Assembly (NCBI GenBank): GCA_023402015.1
Contig: JAEXCU010000013.1
Coordinates: 59,604 to 123,603, forward strand
Reading direction: 5' to 3'
Origin: Pseudomonadota bacterium
GTDB lineage: Bacteria; Pseudomonadota; Alphaproteobacteria; Rs-D84
DNA: 64,000 bases
Shown here: one piece after another, positions 58,268 through 64,000 of the stretch
How positions within the stretch are numbered: position 1 is the first letter of the stretch
Layout: every line of letters starts with the position of its first letter
Made by a program: the position numbers and the translations under genes
The notes under the pieces: model-generated
Database searches by the model: none
The model's input: only the letters and a program-made list of their open reading frames with translations
Told to the model about the DNA's origin: nothing

Positions 58268-58312
58268 ATATAATTATCCCATAAAAATATATCCCGCCAT
58301 TTGGCGGGATTT

Positions 58313-59644
58313 TTAATCTTTTTGATTTAATATATCGCCCGACTTTATATATTCAGGGGTGGATTTTGGTAATTCTTGGCGTGCACGTTTTGCATATGTG
58401 CGTGCGTTTTTCATATCGCCGGCCATATTATAAAATTCTGCGCGTGCCCAATTTGCCCGGCCGGAATCTGTTTCATCATATGCGCGCGCCATGACCCAGT
58501 ATGCCAATGGCGAAGATTGGGTTAAAATGGCACGTTTACATAATTCTATGGCGCGTGCGTTGTCGCCGGGCTTGTTCCTTTCGGCCAATACCAACGCCAG
58601 TGCCGTTTGAATTTGTGGTGCGTTCCCGGCCAGGCTCAGACTGCGTTCATATGCCGTTATACTGTCGTCATAATGGCCGAATTGGTATTGGATATCCCCC
58701 AATAATTCATAAAAATATGGATTTTCCGGATGCCGCGATATCAGTGTTTGCGCACCCGTGCGGGCCGCGTCCAAATTGCCGGCCTGCATTCGTGCAATGG
58801 CGCGCGCATAAATTGCCGCATCGGATGTATCAGAATTTGGATACAGGTTTTTAACGCGGTCCGCACTGTCCAGATATCCAATCAATTTTGCCCGCACCAG
58901 TTCATATTCTGCCGCGCGCTGTGATTCCAATTTTTTGTTTGGGGTGTATTTGCTGTTTAATTTTTGTACCTGTTCACGGACATTTTTTAAACGTTCTGTG
59001 GTCAATGGATGATTAACCTGGTTCGGGTTAATTTTGGATTCCATTGGGTGCGACATCTGGTCCATTTGTTCAAAAACTTCTATGAATCCATGCGGGTTTT
59101 GACCGGCCCGAACCATTAAATCCATGCCCATGCTGTCTGCGATGCGTTCTTCGTCGCGTGAAAATGCCAACATTGATTGCGTCGCCACCCCCGACGACCC
59201 GGCCAACACCCCCGCGCCCAGGGACGGGTTTCCCCCCGCCACCATTAATCCAACACCCAGTGCCTGAATCAGCATCGCACGTTTAAATTCGGCCGCCATG
59301 CGCGCCGACATTTGTGCCATATGCCCCCCGATTGTATGGCCCAGTTCGTGTGCAATCACTGCCTGTAATGCGGTGGGCGTTTTTATCTGGGTCAGCAGTC
59401 CTGTATAGATAAAGACATCTTCACCGCCCATGACAAATGCATTAAAATCATTGTCATTAACAATGTGAATTTTTAACCGGTTTTGTGGAATGTCCGCCGC
59501 CACGGCCAATGGCATAACCAATTCCATCAACAATTTTTCGGTTTCTGTATCGTTAATCAACGATGCCCCCCGCGCGGGAATTGCGCACATTAAACACAAT
59601 AAAAATGCAAATATTTTACGCACCAATAATTTCCCCACGGTCAA
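58313..59644 (-). CDS. M48 zinc metalloprotease with C-terminal TPR repeats (BepA/YfgC-like)
   Basis: HELGH zinc motif at AHELGHTIGGHM; signal peptide; TPR-like repeats in the C-terminal half. Confidence 0.8.
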   Translation of the reverse strand: MTVGKLLVRKIFAFLLCLMCAIPARGASLINDTETEKLLMELVMPLAVAADIPQNRLKIHIVNDNDFNAFVMGGEDVFIYTGLLTQIKTPTALQAVIAHELGHTIGGHMAQMSARMAAEFKRAMLIQALGVGLMVAGGNPSLGAGVLAGSSGVATQSMLAFSRDEERIADSMGMDLMVRAGQNPHGFIEVFEQMDQMSHPMESKINPNQVNHPLTTERLKNVREQVQKLNSKYTPNKKLESQRAAEYELVRAKLIGYLDSADRVKNLYPNSDTSDAAIYARAIARMQAGNLDAARTGAQTLISRHPENPYFYELLGDIQYQFGHYDDSITAYERSLSLAGNAPQIQTALALVLAERNKPGDNARAIELCKRAILTQSSPLAYWVMARAYDETDSGRANWARAEFYNMAGDMKNARTYAKRARQELPKSTPEYIKSGDILNQKD

Positions 59645-61670
59645 ATATAAACATTAAATCACGTATCCACGGTGTTGGCGCATCCATATCCCGCGCCGCC
59701 GATGATGCCAGACGGAATAAATCGCGATGCATGCGGTAATCAACAAAATGATAATTTATCCAACCACTTTGACGTGTCCCCAACAGTTCGCCCGTGCCAC
59801 GCATCATTAAATCTTGTTCTGCAATTGCAAATCCGTCATCGGTTTCGCACAGCACGTCCAATCGTTTCAGGCCATCTTCGCTGATGTTGCGGCCGAATGC
59901 CAGGATGCAATATGATTGTTGATTGCCGCGTCCTACACGCCCGCGCAATTGATGCAGGGCCGCCAATCCAAACCGTTCGGCATTTTCAATAACGATTATT
60001 GTAGCGCGGGGGACGTCAATTCCAACCTCTATGACCGTGGTTGCAACCAGTATCGGCATTTTGTCGTCGTCTGCCGCGAATTGGGCCATTACGGCGTCGC
60101 GCTGTTTTTTATCCATTTGCCCATGAACCAGGCCCGCGCCCGGAAAGTATTTTTTCAGGTCTTTATATCGCTCCTCTACGGCGGTCAGGTCAGATTCCGC
60201 GGATTCGGCAACCAGTGGGCATACCCAGAAAACCTTGGCGCCACCCGCAATTTGCGATTGCAGGCGCGCAACCAATTCACCAATGCGTGCAATTGGTAAT
60301 TTTGTTGTTTTAATGGGCAAACGACCCGCCGGTTTTTCATTAATAATTGAAACATCCATGTCGCCATAAATCGTCATGGACAGCGTTCGTGGAATTGGTG
60401 TTGCAGATAACGCTAATAAATCGGGATTGTTTCCTTTGGCACGCAGGGCCTGGCGCTGGGACACGCCAAAGCGATGCTGTTCGTCCACAATAACCAATCC
60501 CAAATCCCGGTACATGACATCTTCGGAAAACAGTGCGTGTGTGCCAACAATGATTTTTGTGCGCCCCGAACGCAGCGATATCAGTTTTTCTTTGCGGGCT
60601 GCGCCTTTGTCCCGGCCGGTCAGAATATCGCACACAATGCCGATTTTGTCGCACATGGGTTTTAATTTTGCAAAATGTTGCTGTGCCAGCGTATCGGTCG
60701 GTGCCAACAGGGCGGTTTGACCGCCCGATTGGCACATTTCAACCGCTGCGGCCAATGCGACAATTGTTTTACCACTGCCGACGTCGCCCTGGACCATGCG
60801 CATCATTGGTACATCTGCGCCCATGTCGCGCGTAATTTCATCAATCGTACGTTGTTGTGCGCCCGTTAATGCAAATGGCAACGCGTCATAAAATTTATCC
60901 ATTAATTTGTATTTTTGGGGCCGGGGCGTGCGGCGATTTCGCATATCTGTGCGGTTGCGGCGACTGATTGCGATTGCCGATTGATGCGCCAACAATTCCC
61001 AATATGCCAGTTTTACAATATATTCAGAATTCGGCGTCAAATCATCAGATGATTTTGCATAATGCACATGGTTCAGTGCATCAAAAAATTCGCGCACATC
61101 CGCATCGTCTTCGCCCGCGATTTTATCAGGCAATGCGGCAAAAATCTGGTCGCGAACGGCGGTAAATGTTTTCTGGGTTAATCCTTCGCCGGCCGGGTAT
61201 ATCGCCTGAATCTGGGGGATTTTGTCGGCGTTTTCCATATCTTCTATAAAGTCCGGATGGTTAATAACCGCGCGGGATGATTTTTCCAATTTACCACTTA
61301 TCATGCGCCATTGGCCCACCGGCATTTTATTTAACCAATAATCCAAAAAGTTCACATTAAAGAACTGAATCACCAACGGATTGCCCATTTTGTCATTGCA
61401 TATAATTTGCGTTGGGGTCCGCCGGCCACGAAATACGCCGCCTTTTTTATGCGATTTGACCAATACTGGAATTGTTATAACATCGCCGGGATTGGCATCT
61501 GAAACGCATTCACTGATTTCGCGGGCGCGGACATATGCCGGCGTATGCAACATGAAATCCAACACGCGCCGTCCGCCCAGGACATCTGCGAACCGCGCGG
61601 CCAGTTTCGGCCCCACGCCCTTGATAAATTGCAGGTCTGTGCCCAGAAAATCAAACAATTCTTTTTTCAT
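59616..61670 (-). CDS. recG: ATP-dependent DNA helicase RecG
   Basis: Wedge domain, Walker A GDVGSGKT, DEQHRFG, helicase C motifs QLRGRVGRG. Confidence 0.85.
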   Translation of the reverse strand: MKKELFDFLGTDLQFIKGVGPKLAARFADVLGGRRVLDFMLHTPAYVRAREISECVSDANPGDVITIPVLVKSHKKGGVFRGRRTPTQIICNDKMGNPLVIQFFNVNFLDYWLNKMPVGQWRMISGKLEKSSRAVINHPDFIEDMENADKIPQIQAIYPAGEGLTQKTFTAVRDQIFAALPDKIAGEDDADVREFFDALNHVHYAKSSDDLTPNSEYIVKLAYWELLAHQSAIAISRRNRTDMRNRRTPRPQKYKLMDKFYDALPFALTGAQQRTIDEITRDMGADVPMMRMVQGDVGSGKTIVALAAAVEMCQSGGQTALLAPTDTLAQQHFAKLKPMCDKIGIVCDILTGRDKGAARKEKLISLRSGRTKIIVGTHALFSEDVMYRDLGLVIVDEQHRFGVSQRQALRAKGNNPDLLALSATPIPRTLSMTIYGDMDVSIINEKPAGRLPIKTTKLPIARIGELVARLQSQIAGGAKVFWVCPLVAESAESDLTAVEERYKDLKKYFPGAGLVHGQMDKKQRDAVMAQFAADDDKMPILVATTVIEVGIDVPRATIIVIENAERFGLAALHQLRGRVGRGNQQSYCILAFGRNISEDGLKRLDVLCETDDGFAIAEQDLMMRGTGELLGTRQSGWINYHFVDYRMHRDLFRLASSAARDMDAPTPWIRDLMFIFDRGEIIGA

Positions 61671-61874
61671 ATATATGTAAATTTAGCCAAAACCTGGCCC
61701 ATAAGCAATAATAAAAAACGCCACACTGGCGCAACTAATTGAAAGGAACCACCGTTTCCTTGGTGTTGATTTTAAAGTCTATTTATGGTATAATATAACC
61801 CATCAGGCGGTTTTCCCGCCGTTTTTTTATTTGCCCTGCGATATCGCGGGGCTTTTTTATACAAAGGACAACAG

Positions 61875-63104
61875 ATGATAACAATGCCTATATTTCTAAG
61901 AGATTTAATAGAATCAAATGCTTATACAAATACTCTGCATCCAAACCATCAAATTATAAATGAAAAAGTGATAAATTATATGCGAATTTTATATCCAGGT
62001 TATATGACACCCGATGCAACGGGAAGGTTTGTTCCCACAGAATATGATATGACCCTTGAACAGTTTAACGAAGCCCAAAAACAAATTGAAGCCGATTTTG
62101 AAGATGAAAAACAAGATGCTTATGATGAGCTATTAGAAGAATATGGACAAGAATATTTTGAAAATTTGGGTATTGATTTAAATATGGACGATTTTGTGGA
62201 ACCAGGTGAATCAATACCGGTAAAAGTTTTATATGGCGATGATACCATTGCACTTCAGTATTTGGAAACGTATGATCTTGATATTCCGGATTTTAAGAAA
62301 ATTGATAAAATCTGGATCTGGTATAGTGAAGAATCAGACACAACTTGCGAGAAATGCGAAAGTTGTGATGGTAAAATATTTTACAGCAAAGATGATATTC
62401 CACAATGTCCCATTCATCCAAATTGTAAATGCTGGGTGGAAGAAATAGAAATTGATGAATGTGGTAATATTATAAATCGTATGTGTATTGCCGGAAAGAA
62501 TCCGACAGATGAATCTGATGATGATATACAAAGTGATCAAATAAATGAGCAGGAAATGATACTCAATGAAAATTTAACACCTGAACAAATCCGTGAAAAC
62601 TCTATACACCTAACAATGGCCGAAGAAGGTGGATATATAGATAACCCAAATCTTATAGATCAGCCAACAAATGCCGGTATAACACAACCTGCTTTGAATA
62701 ACTTTAATCAAAGATACCCAGACGCAGGATTCCCGGTAAACATCAAAGATTTAACCGGTGCCCAAGCGGAAAAAATTTATACAGAAATCTATTATAATGA
62801 TAGAAATATTGGGGATATAAATGATACGCGTATTGCGCATGCAATATTTGACATGGGCGTTATGAGTAATTTTTCAAATGTTGGTAAAATGGTTCAAACC
62901 ACAATTAACAGTACTCAGGGTACAAATTTACCTGTGAACGGAAAAGTCGGAACCCGGACAATAGAAGCGCTTAACAATATACCAACAAACAAAGTGGACA
63001 AGTTTATCGAAGTTTTAAAACAAAATCGTCTTGAATATTTACGTTCTTTGGATGGTTGGGATAAATACGGACGTGGTTGGACAGCCCGGACAAACAGGTA
63101 CTGA
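61875..63104 (+). CDS. fusion protein: phage MuF/SPP1-gp7-like head-morphogenesis domain + GH108 muramidase + PG_binding_3
   Basis: MuF C-motif CEKCESC...PQCPIHPNCKCW; GH108 motif EEGGYIDNPNLIDQPTNAGIT; C-terminal PG-binding repeat; markedly lower GC than surroundings. Confidence 0.55.
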   Translation: MITMPIFLRDLIESNAYTNTLHPNHQIINEKVINYMRILYPGYMTPDATGRFVPTEYDMTLEQFNEAQKQIEADFEDEKQDAYDELLEEYGQEYFENLGIDLNMDDFVEPGESIPVKVLYGDDTIALQYLETYDLDIPDFKKIDKIWIWYSEESDTTCEKCESCDGKIFYSKDDIPQCPIHPNCKCWVEEIEIDECGNIINRMCIAGKNPTDESDDDIQSDQINEQEMILNENLTPEQIRENSIHLTMAEEGGYIDNPNLIDQPTNAGITQPALNNFNQRYPDAGFPVNIKDLTGAQAEKIYTEIYYNDRNIGDINDTRIAHAIFDMGVMSNFSNVGKMVQTTINSTQGTNLPVNGKVGTRTIEALNNIPTNKVDKFIEVLKQNRLEYLRSLDGWDKYGRGWTARTNRY

Positions 63105-63105
63105 A

Positions 63106-63540
63106 CTAAAATTTTGTGTTTATTGCACTTATTAAATGTGATATATAATTATTAATAAAATCCAAAGTGGGTGTATATGCCATAAGGGCAGATAAGTTGC
63201 CGCAATCATTATAACAAACATCTGGATTATACATATCGTCTGATGTCTGTTTGTATGCAGTTATCAGGCCACGAAGATTATTTTTCATTGATTCAGATTG
63301 TTTAGAATAATATTTGTCTATTATTTTATGTGCAACAGATTCATAGCAAACAACCTGACTGTCTGCTGCAAGGATCATTCCAGAGCCACTAGAATTTTTA
63401 TTAACATTTTGTTTGAAGTTTTGATCACATTTTTCTAGATCATGTTTATAAAATGATTCTGAAATAGACGTCTGCGCAGAAATAGTAATTGGAAATATGA
63501 AGAAAAATGCTAAAAATAATCGCTTCATGTCAAATATCAT
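63106..63540 (-). CDS. periplasmic DUF1311/LprI-like (lysozyme-inhibitor-like) protein
   Basis: Signal peptide; two Cys pairs and YY/L spacing reminiscent of DUF1311; AT-rich like the neighbouring muramidase gene. Confidence 0.4.
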   Translation of the reverse strand: MIFDMKRLFLAFFFIFPITISAQTSISESFYKHDLEKCDQNFKQNVNKNSSGSGMILAADSQVVCYESVAHKIIDKYYSKQSESMKNNLRGLITAYKQTSDDMYNPDVCYNDCGNLSALMAYTPTLDFINNYISHLISAINTKF

Positions 63541-63578
63541 AAATAATTTGTTGTTAAAAAGGAAGTGCTTTTATTAAG

Positions 63579-63599
63579 AATGGGGCGGATGACCGGATT
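63579..63599. repeat. partial direct duplicate of tRNA-His 3' end (att-like)
   Basis: aatggggcggatgaccggatt identical to 63737-63757. Confidence 0.8.
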
Positions 63600-63738
63600 G
63601 TTCGCATCCGCTCACCACACGTAAGGCTCAAACTGCGTAAACTTGTTTTCGCCAACTATCGTGTCGTACCGGCGGTTCTTATCACGGTATCGCAACCGAT
63701 TAATAAAAAAACGCCCCGCTGGGCGCATTTTTTATTAA

Positions 63739-63816
63739 TGGGGCGGATGACCGGATTCGAACCGGCGACATTTGGTACCACAAACCAACGCTCTAACCAA
63801 CTGAGCTACATCCGCC
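63739..63816 (-). tRNA. tRNA-His (anticodon GTG) with encoded G-1
   Basis: Revcomp g-gcggatgtagctcagttggttagagcgttggtttgtggtaccaaatgtcgccggttcgaatccggtcatccgc-c-cca. Confidence 0.9.
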
Positions 63817-63820
63817 ATAC

Positions 63821-63896
63821 TGGTGGAGCTGATCGGACTCGAACCGACGACCCCTTGCATGCCATGCAAGTGCTCTACCAACTGAGCTACAACCCC
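63821..63896 (-). tRNA. tRNA-Ala (anticodon GGC)
   Basis: Revcomp ggggttgtagctcagttggtagagcacttgcatggcatgcaaggggtcgtcggttcgagtccgatcagctccacca; G3:U70 identity pair. Confidence 0.9.
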
Positions 63897-63974
63897 ATTG
63901 CCGCCATATTCTATATTTCTTCTTGCAAAAAGTCAAATAGATTTGCTAACCTTTTTTATATAAGGAGATAAATT

Positions 63975-64000
63975 ATGGATTATCAAGTGCTGAAAGCCGA
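63975..64000 (+). CDS. start of unidentified CDS (truncated by window end)
   Basis: AAGGAGATAAATTATG RBS/start; MDYQVLKA... Confidence 0.3.

Noticed and set aside
1-64000. CRISPR arrays, rRNA genes, IS transposases, integrases
   Set aside because: No repeat-spacer arrays, no rRNA signatures and no transposase or integrase ORFs were recognisable anywhere in the window.

Overview
AT-rich chromosomal window, likely from an alphaproteobacterium. Lineage cues are lpxI, lptE-holA-map synteny, zapA with a small coiled-coil partner, and parC. Housekeeping genes on both strands: cspA (partial), nrdDG, an acyl-CoA ligase, lptE/holA/map/radC, zapA, parC, an oleate hydratase, gap, miaA, priA, lpxI, a RumA-like methyltransferase, birA, rne, rph, a BepA-like protease and recG, plus five tRNAs (Leu, Glu, Asp, His, Ala). 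Accessory content is dense.

(1) A reduced T7-like late-gene cluster lies between birA and rne, about 41.1-54.1 kb. It carries a portal, a gp9-like scaffold, a capsid, a gp17-like fibre N-domain and a SleB/holin lysis pair.

(2) Within that cluster the terminase large subunit is split into ATPase and nuclease ORFs by a 3.3-kb oppositely oriented module carrying dnaB and a CI-like repressor.

(3) A family of four about 170-230 nt structured RNA leaders sits immediately upstream of three paralogous small XRE HTH genes and one Cys-rich secreted protein. Each has a TATAAT promoter, conserved hairpins with compensatory base changes, and an intrinsic terminator abutting the RBS. Two copies flank the lpxI-OMP-OMP-rumA segment in inverted orientation. 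I could not match this family to any riboswitch or sRNA class I know.

(4) Three tRNA genes (Glu, Asp, His) each have a 19-28 bp direct duplication of their 3' end 140-250 bp downstream, and the spacers between are homologous to one another. This looks like a family of miniature tRNA-targeting integrative elements.

(5) A nested-palindromic MITE-like repeat family (core GTCATTGCGAG / TGGATTGCC) occurs in at least six clusters.

(6) The NrdD glycyl-radical loop is encoded as a separate 61-aa ORF with its own RBS between nrdD and nrdG.

(7) A very AT-rich islet next to tRNA-His/Ala encodes a MuF-like::GH108 muramidase fusion and a DUF1311/LprI-like periplasmic protein.

No CRISPR arrays or rRNA genes were seen. 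Product calls rest on motifs I read directly in the translations, and database confirmation is still needed.
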